A DNA stretch of 64,000 nt from Planctomycetota bacterium (GCA_965223505.1 CBDCWP010000044.1:249292-313291), one strand, 5' to 3'. Positions 39,227-50,842 are shown, numbered from the stretch's first letter. Notes: a model not told the origin generated them from the sequence alone. Translations and numbers: made by a program.

Positions 39227-39366
39227 CGGTGCGTTCGCGAGGTGACTACCGCTCGTAGGGTCGACTGGAGGTTTCGACCGGACCCGGATGAGCGCTGCCT
39301 GGCGCTGGCAGCGGCCCAGCAGCGCGTCGTCTGACAGATGACGGACCGCCGGGCGACAATATCGTC

Positions 39367-40370
39367 ATGAAGGCGCCGTCGGAATTTCGGTGGAAGCAGA
39401 TCCGTCAGCTCAGTGCGGGCGGGCAAGCCAACGTATTTCTGGTCGAACCCACCATCGATGACCCAGAATTTCGGGGGCAGTACGCGCTGAAGGAGCTCAA
39501 GCGCCAGGACCACCCGCAGGCGATCTCTCGATTCGTTCGTGAGATTCGGGCGACGACCCAGATTTCACATCCTGGCATCGTCGATATTGTGGACCATTCG
39601 GGCGAGAGGGACGACTACCACTTCTACGTGATGCCCTATGTCGACGGCGCGAAGACGCTTGACAAGGTGGCCTTCTCGGAGAGTTCGCCATTCAAGGGTA
39701 ATGCGCGTTCGACGCTGCGCTTCATCATGCGATGTGCGGAGGCTCTCGGTGCGGCACATGTGGCGAAGGTCGTCCATCGAGACATTAATCCGAAGAACAT
39801 TCTGGTGCTCCCGAACGGAGAGCCTTTGATTATCGACTTTGGGTGCTGCTACGTAGACGCCGGCGAGTGCGTGACCCTGGTCGATGAAGGCATTGGTACT
39901 CGTGACTATGCCGCACCAGAATGCGGCCCTGGTGCTGCGGAGAACATCACCGTACAGACAGACATCTACTCGCTGGGCAAGATCATGTGGGCCATGATCA
40001 CCGGTGAGCGTGCCTTCGCGAGAGAGCGGCCGGCATTCTCGAACAAACGGCTGGACAAGGTTCTGCCAGATTGTCCCGAGGTCTGGCTACTGGCTGAACT
40101 CTTCAAGCGCACGATTCGCCGTGACCCGAAGCACCGTTGGGCAATGTAACCAACTTCGCCAAGGAGTGCCATCGTTACCTAGGCATGATCGGGCGAGTGC
40201 TGCCGATGGAACTCGTAGAGGGGCGCTGTCCTCGCTGCGGCGCAGACGACGCACGTCGGCTAGGATTCGAGAAGTTGAGCAAGCCGTTTGTGGTGGACTT
40301 CAAACTCCTGATCAACAATCCGCACATGCACACGACTGTGCATGTGTGTCGTTGGGAATCTGTAGCCTAG
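39367..40370 (+). CDS. Ser/Thr protein kinase; probable frameshift near 40,145 before a C-terminal CPRC zinc-ribbon-like tail
   Basis: GGQANV, ALKEL, HRDINPKN, IIDFG, GTRDYAAPE, DIYSLG; second frame ..GRCPRCG.. Confidence 0.82.
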
Positions 40371-40764
40371 GTGGCGGCAAACGCGTCGGGCCAGTGGAAC
40401 TCAGCATGATGCAACCCAATACCGACATCTCGATGCGTCAGCTCTCACAGGTCTTCTGCAACGGAGACGAACCGAGCTGCCCGCAGGAGTTGAAGAGCCA
40501 CTACGCCGGCCTCGTCGATCTTCACGGTCACCAGCAGGCGACAATCCAAGTGCTGCTGAAGTGCGTTGATGTACCCATGTGACTCTGACTCCAGGGTCGA
40601 TACCGAGCGAGCATTTGACCCTGACCCGAAGGGGTGCTCGACGCGGTGTCCGTACCGTACGAGCACTGCCCGTCGAGGAACGAGGTCCGGTGTGACCGTA
40701 TGGTCAGAGATCCTTCCGAGGGGGCAGGCCGAGTTGCCGACGACGTCGCTGGCGGCTCGGCGGA

Positions 40765-41104
40765 GCACCGAGCACACGTCGAGGCAGCCGGGTTCTGCAC
40801 GCGGCCGCAGGACCGCCTGTTCCCGACCAATGGAACCGTCAATGCGGACCTCAGGTATGCCGGACTTGATGGCGAAGATGACCATGGGCGCGTCGTCGAC
40901 TTTCACAGTCTGCGCGTGACGATGATCAGCCGGTTGTCGGCCGCCGGCGTTCACCCGCGGACAGCACAGGCACTCGCTCGTCACAGCAAGCTTGAACTCA
41001 CGATACGGACCTACACCGATGTGCGCCTGCTGGACCTGCGGGACGCAGCGGAATCCGCTCTGCCGGCCGATCGGCTGCCCTCGCCGCGACGTCGGCAGGC
41101 ATGA
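40765..41104 (+). pseudogene. Tyrosine integrase C-terminal fragment
   Basis: GRVVDFHSLRVTMISRL..HPRTAQALARHSKLELTIRTYT (HxxR...H...Y). Confidence 0.88.
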
Positions 41105-41418
41105 GCGGGTTGAAGCTCGGGCGGGAGAAGGCTCTTCGCGGCAGTCGATGTCGTTACGACTCGTACGAGTGGGAGTTCGGCGTATGCGCGGGACCGTAGC
41201 TCGCAGTCGGCCTTCCCGAGCAAGAACGGAACTAGGCTCGACTTTTTCACTGCACTGCTCCGCCGAGCTCTGCAACACGTCTCAAGTGCGAACGCACGTG
41301 TCCGACTCCCGGGAAGAAACCCGTCCCTGCGAAGGTGTTGGCGAAGAGAAAATTGGCCTGCGGCATGTTCTAGGTTTGCCGCCGCAAGGCCGGGGGGATC
41401 GTCGGTACGATCTGCCGC

Positions 41419-42168
41419 ATGAGCGAAGACGCCGAGAAGGAGAAGTCAGAAGGCGAACCCGAGAAGAAGCCGACCTTCTTCGCGGATGCCCTCATGGACA
41501 TTTTTGGCGGCCCTCCCAAGCCTCCCGGTCCGGTGGTGCTGCCGAAGCCTGAGGAGTTCACGCATGTGCGCGACTTCGACGAGGCACTCAAGGACACCGA
41601 TCCGTTCACGATCTTCCTGCGCGGGCATCTCTGGATCGAGAGGGCGCTCCACGAGTCGATCCTCGCCAACGGAATCAGGCGAGTGGATCAGTACGACAAT
41701 CTGAAGCTGGGATTCGTGAACACCGTGTACTTGGCGTCATCCCTCGGCGTCCTTCATCCGTCGAACATCCCGGCGTTCAAGAAGCTCAACAGCTTTCGCA
41801 ACAGGCTAGCCCACGATCCTCGCTTCAAACTTGACGAGGATGCCATCAAGGACTTCGTTAACGCCGCGCTCCCTAGACTTCGCAAGGCGTATGAGGGGGT
41901 CATGATGGACGCCTACAAAAAAGAGGGTGCTATCTACGATCCGACCGCCCTCATCACGCAGTTCCGGAATTCGCTACAAGTGCTTCACATGATCGCGGAC
42001 ATGGGGCGGGTGAAGGCGGAGGAGCGGAAGCAAGAGCAGGCGGAGGAGCGCGAGAGGCGCGCTACCGCCAACGAAGAACTCGCGAAGAAGCTTGGTTATG
42101 ACGACTTCAAGCACATGAAGCGCGAGTGGACCAAGAAGTCCACCGAGGATGACGCAACGCCGAGCTAA
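41419..42168 (+). CDS. HEPN-domain protein (MtlR-like), putative RNase
   Basis: LRGHLWIERAL helix followed by the Rx4H motif RNRLAH. Confidence 0.65.
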   Translation: MSEDAEKEKSEGEPEKKPTFFADALMDIFGGPPKPPGPVVLPKPEEFTHVRDFDEALKDTDPFTIFLRGHLWIERALHESILANGIRRVDQYDNLKLGFVNTVYLASSLGVLHPSNIPAFKKLNSFRNRLAHDPRFKLDEDAIKDFVNAALPRLRKAYEGVMMDAYKKEGAIYDPTALITQFRNSLQVLHMIADMGRVKAEERKQEQAEERERRATANEELAKKLGYDDFKHMKREWTKKSTEDDATPS

Positions 42169-42458
42169 GTGCCCCGTTGGCAACCTCATGCCCAGTGATC
42201 AATGGCCGATCCGGGCCACGGGAGTCACAGCGCACCTGCACTAGGCGTCCATGCACCGAGAAGCGGCTTCTCGTAGCGGTCGTTTGGGCCACTCTCGCAT
42301 TCGGCGCAGAGGAGTGGCTCTGGGCCGGCGCGCGCAGCGACTATGACCACTTCTTTGCTGTTCTTCTGCCACGACCTCGCACACGTCTACGCACTCGCTC
42401 CGGCTGCCCAAGTTCGCTACAGGCCCAGTTCGCGCGATCGATGGCAGACTACGGGCAC

Positions 42459-42923
42459 ATGCGACGAGCCCTTCCCCTCTGCCTCCTGTTGCTGGCGCCG
42501 TGCGGCCGGTACTCCGGGCCTGACGACATTGTCGGAGTGATCCAGTGGAACCACGTCGGTGGAGTCCAGGACTGGCTCGAACACGGTGGCGATCCGAATC
42601 TGATGATCGAAGGAAAGAGCCTGGCCTACATCGCATGCGGCCCAAAGGGAGGAGCCAAGGTGCTCAGGGTGCTCCTGGAGGCCGGTGCGGATCCGAACCT
42701 CGGGACGGACGGCGGCACTACACCGTTGATGAACGCTGCCTCGTGGGCGTCGTTGGAGCGATGCCGCTTGCTGGTGGCGCACGGCGCAGATCCCAGCGCT
42801 CGCCGTGACGACGGGCGGACAGCGATCAGCGCCGCCTTGGCATGTTCGAATTCTGAAGATGTCGTTGCCTACCTGAAGTTCCTGGTCGCCAAGCGTGCTG
42901 TGGATAGCCCGTCTGCCGATTAG
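42459..42923 (+). CDS. Exported ankyrin-repeat protein
   Basis: LLEAGADPN, GTTPLMNAA, LVAHGADP, GRTAISAA. Confidence 0.85.
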   Translation: MRRALPLCLLLLAPCGRYSGPDDIVGVIQWNHVGGVQDWLEHGGDPNLMIEGKSLAYIACGPKGGAKVLRVLLEAGADPNLGTDGGTTPLMNAASWASLERCRLLVAHGADPSARRDDGRTAISAALACSNSEDVVAYLKFLVAKRAVDSPSAD

Positions 42924-43263
42924 CGCGGGACCCACTCGAACACGGCACTCAGCGCGGCGGGCGCAATCGCACGACCACTGTCACGACCCTTGTGGCCGGC
43001 CAACCTGGACCATCGCGATGGGGCGGCCAAGTCGCAGGGTTCTGCAAGCGGCCGAGGAGGCCCCGTCGAGCGCACTAAGCTGTTCCGCCTGTCGCCGACA
43101 GCTCGCGCAGGAATGACTATGACCATTTCTTTGCTTCTTTTTGCGCACGACCTCGCACGTCCTTGCACATCGCTGCGAGATGTAAGGAATCGGGCGCGTC
43201 GGTAGGGGAGCGGCCCCAAGCGCGCAAGGTCGCGCAGGTTAGGGCAGGGACGCGCAGGAAGAC

Positions 43264-43315
43264 TGGCGGGAGTGACGGGACTCGAACCCGCGACCTCCGG
43301 CTTGACAGGCCGGCG
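43264..43315 (-). tRNA. 3' fragment of tRNA-Asp(GTC); probable att site
   Basis: Reverse complement CG-CCGGC-CT-GTC-AA-GCCGG-AGGTC-GCGGG-TTCGAGT-CCCGT-CACTCCC-G-CCA; 5' third absent. Confidence 0.85.
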
Positions 43316-43827
43316 AGCCCAAGTCGTAACTGTTTGGAGCGCCGCGAGTTGCGGATTCGGCCTCGAGCGTCTTTGCCACAAATCGGCATGACTGTGCGCA
43401 CGTCCTTGCACGACCCCGCACGATCTGCGCCGAGTGGGGGAGTTCGGCGCGTGTCCGCTGGCTGCATCGTAACCAGGACGGCGCGAGCCGGATCCGCGCG
43501 CCAGAACGCCGACGTTGCGCCCTGGCCGCGTCGAGGGGCGTGCACAGGGCGGGCCGGCGCCGCTCGCGCGCACCACGGGCCAACACGTTGACTCTCGATG
43601 GAGATCGACGATTCCCCGTCCTGCGCCCCCTCGCGAGTGCCGCGTAGCTCTCTCCGATTCAGACGACACGAACAGGCCGAGGGTGCGGGCGCATGTGTCA
43701 CCCACATCCTCCTCGCACGGAAACGCCCCACCGAAACAGCGCGGCAAGAGTCCGGAGCCGCTACAGCGGATCAGGTCAATTGAAAATCACCTACTCCCGC
43801 CTCTTGGGCGATTCCGCAGGAGTTCCC

Positions 43828-44820
43828 CTAGCGCCGCCATTCGGCCTGAGCACGCAAGACGGACTCTGGCGACACGTAAGGAGGCCGGAGGACGCTCGGA
43901 GCGACTTGGACCCATGCCTCGCACGACTGCTTGCCGAATCGTCTCCAGATCCGCCGTTCCCACTCGGTCGCGAACGGTATCACCACGACGACCGAGAGCC
44001 CGAGCTTCCGAAGTCGGGGGGCAATCGCGCCTTCGCTATTCTCAAGGTGCCCGATTCCGTAGAAGATGACCAATCGTCTGAGATTCCGCTTGCCGCTCTC
44101 GAGTAACAGGGACGCAGCGGTCCGTAGGACAACGGAATTGGCATCGTTCCAGGCATTCTCGATTTGGACACGAGTCTTGCTCGCCGGACGCCGCTTCATG
44201 TCCGGTACGCCGTCGTCGCGAACCCTGGAAGGACTCGATTCGCCAGCAGCCACGAGGCGCACCCCCAAGCGTGCCAGTTCCGACAGCTCGGCAGCCAGCG
44301 GGACAACGGGCCAAGCCCATGCGTCCTGGAGTAAGTCCAGCAATGCGTGTCCTCGTCGAGTCGACGAAACAGCGACATCAAGTTCGGACTGCATCGTCAC
44401 CGGAACGTGCTCCAGTGCGACAACGATGTCACCTTCTTTGGACCCAGTTCCGATCAGAAAGTCACGACAAAGAAGGCGGCACGTCGAGGCACAGCCTGGA
44501 AGACCATGAACGTCTCCCACTAAGATGACGTCCGCGTTGAGGAGCGCTGTTCGAGCCTCTTGATCTGTCAAGACCTGTGTCAGGCTACTCCTCGGAATTG
44601 TGTCACCGAGTTGCCGAAAGAAACGAGTTGACTTCGCCACGCCCTGCAGGGGTGAGTCTACGAGTATCTGCTCACACTGATCTAGCGTCGCGCCGCGATC
44701 AGGCCCGCAATGCGCCTGATCGATGACTGGCTCGAGCGGCTCTCTGTCTGTCCAAAGCCAATCCCGGAGGCACAACGCGCATGCAAGTACGACAAGCGCT
44801 TGCAGAACGCGGGGCTTCAT
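43828..44820 (-). CDS. ChaN/TIKI/EreA-superfamily-like exported protein
   Basis: Signal peptide; ADVILVGDVH, VVALEHV, VIFYGIGHL. Confidence 0.6.
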   Translation of the reverse strand: MKPRVLQALVVLACALCLRDWLWTDREPLEPVIDQAHCGPDRGATLDQCEQILVDSPLQGVAKSTRFFRQLGDTIPRSSLTQVLTDQEARTALLNADVILVGDVHGLPGCASTCRLLCRDFLIGTGSKEGDIVVALEHVPVTMQSELDVAVSSTRRGHALLDLLQDAWAWPVVPLAAELSELARLGVRLVAAGESSPSRVRDDGVPDMKRRPASKTRVQIENAWNDANSVVLRTAASLLLESGKRNLRRLVIFYGIGHLENSEGAIAPRLRKLGLSVVVVIPFATEWERRIWRRFGKQSCEAWVQVAPSVLRPPYVSPESVLRAQAEWRR

Positions 44821-45185
44821 AGATCGGCTCTCAGAAAACTGCCGTGGCTAGGTAGAGTAGTCTAACCCTCCGGACACGGGTCGAGCTCCGGCCAGACGGG
44901 GAGCGGCGCAGACGGGAACCACGGGCCACGCACGTTGTGTCCCGGTTCCACGATGGAGATCGACGCCTTCCCGCTCTGCGTCTCCGCGACGCGGCGTAGC
45001 TTCTTCGATTTAGATGACACGACCGGGCCGGAGGTGCGCTCGCGTCTGTCACTCACGTCCTCATCGCATCCATACTCCGCGCTGAAACGGCGCGGCAAGA
45101 CTCGTGGGCCGCTACAGCCGCTACACTAGTTACGTTGTCGGCCGTTGATGTCTTTGCCATGAATCGGCATGACTAGCGACCACCC

Positions 45186-45488
45186 CTAACAGCACCAATC
45201 GTGGTGTACTGGTTCACGACGTCTGAAGGTCGCGACGTTCGCCCCGGCAAGGGGATCGTGGATCGACTTGAGGCGGTAGATCGAGTCGCGCGTGTGGGTG
45301 ACGGAAAACCCGCTCGGGTAGACGATCGACGTCAACGAGCTCGCGTCGGTGAACGTCGTCGTGACCGTCTTCCACTTCTCCTGTCCGACGGTGTTGTAGC
45401 CCTGTTTCTCCTTTAGCAAGTTGCCGATGCTGTCCCAGGTCAGCTCGACCTGGTAGTCGTTGTCAACGGCGCTCTTGATGCGGTTGAG
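45186..45488 (-). pseudogene. RHS/YD-repeat protein fragment
   Basis: LNRIKSAVDNDYQVELTWDSIGNLLKEKQ..LTSIVYPSG..TRDSIYRLKSI. Confidence 0.7.
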
Positions 45489-45963
45489 CTACGCGTTCAG
45501 AGGTCCCTGCGGACGTCCCTGGTGTCGGCATCCCCGTCAGGTTCGGCATAGCCAGCCCTCTTCTTGTTGAGCGGTGAGACCGGCTTCGACACCAGACGGT
45601 GGCACTTGACACGGCGGGTGTGATAGCGCGACGCTGGGAGTACAATTAACGGTCGACGGCTGATAGGAGAGAAGCGATGACCAGTCGTACCTGGATCTTC
45701 TTCGGTCTAGGTTTCGTGTTCTTCTTTGGCTGTGGCAACCCAGCACAGAATGACGCACCTCGCGAGTTGGTTTGGCAGCGAGTTCGGAGTCCCTTCGTGT
45801 CGACCTCTGGGGTACCAGTGCCCTGGAGCTACTCACGGTTCCGTGTTGTGGATGCAGAGACTGGACGAGGACTTGTCGACGCACGAGTGTTCCCCAATGC
45901 AAGCTATGAGCGCGGAAGTCCCCAGACTCTCGAGTCAGTGGCGCCCATAACTACTGATCGACA

Positions 45964-47360
45964 GAGGGTGTACCGTTCTTTCTGTAAATGGCTCCCGAGA
46001 GAGAGGCGCTCGCTTCGCTTGAATCAGCTAGCTGATTCAAGCGAAGCGGGCGCGCCGCCATCTCCCGGGGTCAACTGAGTGGCGGATCAACGCCGTACCT
46101 TTGCAGGTCTACGACAACTTGCATTGGAGATCGACGTGACCCACCACGAACAGCGTACGCCGTGGGCCGACGCCCTGGAAGCGCTCAGCGAGAGCGGATT
46201 CGACGGCATGGCCGAGGCGATGCGAGTGCTGATCAACGAGTCCATGAGAATCGAACGCAGTGCCTTCCTCGGCGCTGAACCGCACGAGCGCAGCGAGCAG
46301 CGTCGCGGGTACGCCAACGGGTTCAAGCCCAAGCGCGTTCGCACGCGCCTAGGCGAGATCGACGTACAGGTGCCTCAGGTGCGCGACGTCGAGGGCGGCG
46401 ATGCGTTTTACCCATCGAGCCTTGAACGCGGCCAGCGAAGCGAGAGAGCGCTCACGCTGGCTTTGGCGGAGATGTACGTCCAGGGTGTTTCGACGCGCCG
46501 TGTCGAGGAGATTACGAAGGTGCTTTGCAACGGCCTTGAAATCAGCTCCACGAGCGTGTCGCGAGCAGCTGCGCTGCTCGATGAGGAGCTTTCGCGTTGG
46601 CGCACACGGCCGCTCGGGGCATTCAAGTACCTCGTGCTCGATGCCCGCTACGAGAAGGTGCGCCACGGCGGATCGGTGCGCGACTGCGCGCTGCTCATCG
46701 CCATCGGCATCGGCCACGACGGCAGGCGCAGCGTGCTGGGAACGAGCGTGAGCCTTTCGGAAGCCGAGGTTCACTGGCGCGAGTTCCTCAGCTCGCTCCA
46801 GGACCGCGGACTGCATGGCGTCGAGCTCATCACCAGCGACGGCCACAAGGGCTTGGCCGCCGCGCTCGCTGCCCGCTTCGCCGGCGTCGCCTGGCAGCGC
46901 TGCCAGTTCCACCTGCAGCAGAACGCACAAGCTTACGTGCCGCGTCAGAAGCTTCGACGCGACGTCGCCGCTGATCTTCGCGCCGCGTTCAACGCGACGT
47001 CGCGGCGCGAGGCTCAAGAGAAGCTCGAGGCCTTCGTAAAGAAGTGGGACAAGCCCGCGCCCGACTTGGCGCGTTGGGCCGAGGAGAACATCTCGCAGGG
47101 ATTCACCGTGTTCGACCATGGCCTCAACGAGGCGCAACGCAAGCGCCTGCGCACCACCAACAGCCTCGAAAACCTGAATCAACAGATCCGGCGGCGCACG
47201 CGTGTTGCCGGACTCTTTCCAAACGAAGCGTCCTTGCTGCGGCTTGCGAGCGCGGTGCTCATCGAGATCAGCGAGGAATGGGAAACCGGACGGAGGTACT
47301 TGCCGAGGGACGACGCTTGATCAACCGCTCAGCGATTTACAGAAAGAACGTTGCTCTGCC
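45964..47360 (+). mobile_element. IS256-family element, copy B, with 8-bp TSD GATCGACA
   Basis: Same IRs as copy A; GATCGACA at 45,956-63 and 47,361-68. Confidence 0.95.
46136..47320 (+). CDS. IS256-family transposase
   Basis: Same motifs as copy A with some substitutions; GGAG RBS before GTG. Confidence 0.95.
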   Translation: MTHHEQRTPWADALEALSESGFDGMAEAMRVLINESMRIERSAFLGAEPHERSEQRRGYANGFKPKRVRTRLGEIDVQVPQVRDVEGGDAFYPSSLERGQRSERALTLALAEMYVQGVSTRRVEEITKVLCNGLEISSTSVSRAAALLDEELSRWRTRPLGAFKYLVLDARYEKVRHGGSVRDCALLIAIGIGHDGRRSVLGTSVSLSEAEVHWREFLSSLQDRGLHGVELITSDGHKGLAAALAARFAGVAWQRCQFHLQQNAQAYVPRQKLRRDVAADLRAAFNATSRREAQEKLEAFVKKWDKPAPDLARWAEENISQGFTVFDHGLNEAQRKRLRTTNSLENLNQQIRRRTRVAGLFPNEASLLRLASAVLIEISEEWETGRRYLPRDDA

Positions 47361-49354
47361 GATCGACACGGCTGGACGCGTGAGCCTTATCCGGGCAACC
47401 CTCGCGACACGATCTGTACTGTCATTTGCCCCGGGTACGGGACCTATTCTGGACCTTGGCCGGGCTACGGACTTCTCGAACTCAAGCGCACCCGGGTGCT
47501 AGGTGTTGAATTGCGAACCAACCTCAACGAACCCCTTCCAGGTGCGACTATTGAGTACCGTGCCGCTGCTGGACCACACCCTCCAGCATTCACAACTCGA
47601 ACTGGGGCGAATGGCAATGCGCGGATCCAAGCGTTTGCAAGCGACAGTGGCGGGTTCTTCTGGATCACGGGCGATGGGATTGCTTCGGTAGATACTGATG
47701 TTCCGGACAGCCTGCGTGAACCAGGTCCAGTTGTGCTATGGACAAGCCCAGGTGTGACCTTTTCGGGCCAACTACTTGATCACGATGGCCAGCCGATCGT
47801 GGGTGCGCTGCTGGCGGGCACGGTGTGGCATCGCGGCCCCTGGACGCGAACCAACGCCGATGGGCGTTTCAAGTTGGTGGGACTCTCACACGGCGAGCGG
47901 GTGACAGTCCGCCTTCCAGAACAAACGCGTTCCTCGCCGACCCAGTGGACATATGCGCTTCCTCACGGGGAATCAGCGGTTCTGCGACCATCAGGACTAC
48001 TGAGTAGAGGGAGCAAGACGAAACCTCTGTACGTCTCAATCACTACCGGAGATGGCCGACCGGCGTCAGCAGTCGTTACAGCATGGCGGCTCAAGGATGG
48101 AATGTGTGGAGCCTCCGCGACTGGGCACCACGGGGTCAAGCCCGGTGATGCCCACAAGCTCCATCTCCCGGATGGGGAATACCTACTCACCGTTGACGGA
48201 GCGCCGGGAGGTCACGAGTCGGTGCGCACGACCGTTGAGCTAAGGGGACGTCGCAGGGAGCTCGAACTCAGGCTTGGACCGTTCCCCTTCTGGCGGGTGA
48301 AACGACTGGTGCTGCCGCCAGACCAGTCTGCCTACCTGGCTACAGCGCAGCACGTTCGAGAGGTAACGGCCGAACTCGCGGCGGGGGCAATCAGAGCGCC
48401 GACCGGTGAGCCGACGTCCATCTACGTGCAGGCAGACGTTCACGACGACACCGTTGCTCCCCGAACCTACACCCACCTTCCGTTCTCGCCTCCCGTAATC
48501 GGCGATCCTCCTGTGCGGGTCGCTCCGCTGGCAGAGATGCCGCTTGACGTCAGACTGCTTGACGGGGAAGGCCGCCCTACTGAGGGCAAACTCCGCTGGG
48601 AGCCTCTCGCTGGATACGTGTTCCCAGACACGGGGCCCGAGTGGCAGAGTCGTGACGGGCTACTCTCGCTTGGGGTTCCCAGATGGCCTGGCATCACGCT
48701 ATCTGTAGTCCCGACAAACACCACGCTGGTCCCATGCATGAGAACACTCGCATGGCCGACGTCAGGAGACGACTCATCGGACGATGCAAACGTTGTTCAA
48801 CTGGCGACAAGAGTGTCCAACGCGGTTGAGTTGCACCTTCCGAGCGGCGTGGCCATTGAGGAGGTGGAATTTCGGGTTGTCTCACCCGCGGGCGTGATTC
48901 GATCCGTCGATCCGGACGACCTCGTCAGCGGACAGTTCCCGTGGCCGCTTGGCGGTTCAGTCCTTTCCGCGCGAACTGACGGGCATGCACCGCTGTATTC
49001 GCGGCTCGCGCCGCGAGGGCCGTGGACGGTTCGCTGGCCATCCGGATCGCTGGAGATAGAGCTGCCGGCGCACGTTCGCCTGCTCAGTAGCGTCGCGATA
49101 GTCGGAGGCCACAGGCTAACGTTCCAAGATGGCGCCGTCGCCATTGGTGGCCTAGAACCTGGATCCTATGAGGTGTTGATCTACTCCGACGACGGGACCG
49201 GCCTTCTTACCACCGTAGCTCTCGCCAAGGGGGAGGCGCGAGTGATCGCGGTACCCGACACGCGATTACGCTAGCACCAGCACCTCGATCGGCCAGCCGC
49301 TAGAGTTTGCGGTGACTACGCTGATTGGCGCCCCCGCAGCCCCCCTTGCACTTG

Positions 49355-50836
49355 TGTAGCGGCCCACGAGATTTGACAACGAGGAGAAGGCCATTTCTTC
49401 GGGCCGATCTTTGACCCCCTTGTACCGGCCCAAGACCTTTGACAGTTGGCCACAAACGCCTGACTTCTGGGCTTTGCACCCGCCCCCTCGTGCGCCGATA
49501 GATTCCCGCGATGCACGAGGCCCTGATCCTGATCGCCCGCGCCATCGCGCTCGCTCACGACCACTGGCGCCGAACGATCGGTCGGCGCCGTCCGCTATCG
49601 GGCAAGATCGCCGTGCTCGAGGAGAGGGTCGAGCGGATCGAAGCCGAAAACGGACTCCTTCGCGCACGCTTTGCCCGCGTTGCGTCCCGCCGACGCCCGC
49701 ACTACCGCCCGCATGAGCGCCTCGAGATCCTGTGGCACGCCGCGCGATATCGCATGTCCGTGACGCGCACGGCCACGGCGTTCGGAATCACACGGCAGAC
49801 GATTCTGAACTGGAGGCGCTTGTCGCGCCGGAAAGACCCGCGGCTGCTACCGCGAATCGGAACGCTCACGGATCTCGTCATTGAACTGGCCCACAGGATG
49901 AAGCGCGAGTGGCCGCGTTGGGGTACGCGGCGCATCGCCGGAGAGCTGGCTCGGCTCGGCGTGGAGGCGTCGCGCTCGAGTGTGCAGCGCATCCTGTGCA
50001 AGCCGATGTCGCCCGCTCCCGAGAACCGACTCGTAACCCAGGCCGCGCCGGGCCTCCTGGCCAGGCGACCCAACCACGTCTGGATGATCGACTTCACGCG
50101 GCTCAAAGGTGTCGTGAAGCCGATGTTTGTGGGCGCGGTCATCGACGCCTACTCCCGCAGGGTGCTCGCGGTCGGCGTCATCGGTGGCGAGCCCAACGGC
50201 AGCTTCGCGACGCGACTGCTTCGGCGCGCGATCCGATGCCACGGCGCGCCGACGTGGCTCGTCTCGGACAAGGACCGCGCGCTTCGCAACAAGCTCGTGA
50301 ACGCCCTGCTTCGGCGCTTCGCAATCCGCCGCCGCTACGGCGCCGTCGGCAAGAAGGGCTCGATCTCGATGATCGAACGATTCTGGCGTTCGATGAAGCA
50401 GGAGTACGTGCGTGGCCTCTTCCTCTACCGCTCGACCGCCGCCATCGAGACGAAGCTTCGTCGCTACGCCCGTTGGTTCAACCACGAGCGTCCGCACCAG
50501 GGACTCGGACAGCGAACGCCCGACGACGCGTACTTCGAGCGACCAGAGCAACCGACCCGCAATCTGACTGACGGCACGTTGCACGTTCGGTTCCTCGATG
50601 GAGATCGACGCCTTCCCGTTCTGCGTCTTCGCCACGCGGCTTAATTCTCACGTGATCACACCAATGGCCGGGCCAGAAGTCCGTGCACACGTCTGCGCTG
50701 GAACGTCAGCGGCACGGAGTCAGCTCGAATAACGGCTCGAAACGACCCGCCAAGACTGTTGGGCCCCTACAGGGGGTCAAAGATCGGCCCGAAGAAATGG
50801 CCTTCTCCTCGTTGTCAAATCTCGTGGGCCGCTACA
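49355..50836 (+). mobile_element. IS with 66-bp perfect TIRs (TGTAGCGGCCCACGAG...) encoding an integrase-core transposase
   Basis: 49,355-49,420 is the exact reverse complement of 50,771-50,836; no TSD seen. Confidence 0.9.
49511..50644 (+). CDS. DDE integrase-core (IS481/IS3-like) transposase
   Basis: PRWGTRRIAGEL, PNHVWMIDFT, LVSDKD, IERFWRSMKQE, NHERPHQGLG. Confidence 0.9.
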   Translation: MHEALILIARAIALAHDHWRRTIGRRRPLSGKIAVLEERVERIEAENGLLRARFARVASRRRPHYRPHERLEILWHAARYRMSVTRTATAFGITRQTILNWRRLSRRKDPRLLPRIGTLTDLVIELAHRMKREWPRWGTRRIAGELARLGVEASRSSVQRILCKPMSPAPENRLVTQAAPGLLARRPNHVWMIDFTRLKGVVKPMFVGAVIDAYSRRVLAVGVIGGEPNGSFATRLLRRAIRCHGAPTWLVSDKDRALRNKLVNALLRRFAIRRRYGAVGKKGSISMIERFWRSMKQEYVRGLFLYRSTAAIETKLRRYARWFNHERPHQGLGQRTPDDAYFERPEQPTRNLTDGTLHVRFLDGDRRLPVLRLRHAA

Positions 50837-50842
50837 GAGCTG

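Larger units (their letters stand above)
45677..49274 (+). pseudogene. Lipoprotein with carboxypeptidase-regulatory-like domains interrupted by IS256
   Basis: FFFGC lipobox, RVVDAETGRGL..ITTDR | IS | ..FSGQLLDHDGQPIVGA..TNADGRFKL. Confidence 0.82.

Noticed and set aside
23954..43315. Complete tRNA-Val and tRNA-Asp genes
   Set aside because: Both lack the 5' acceptor strand and D-arm, so they are treated as att fragments
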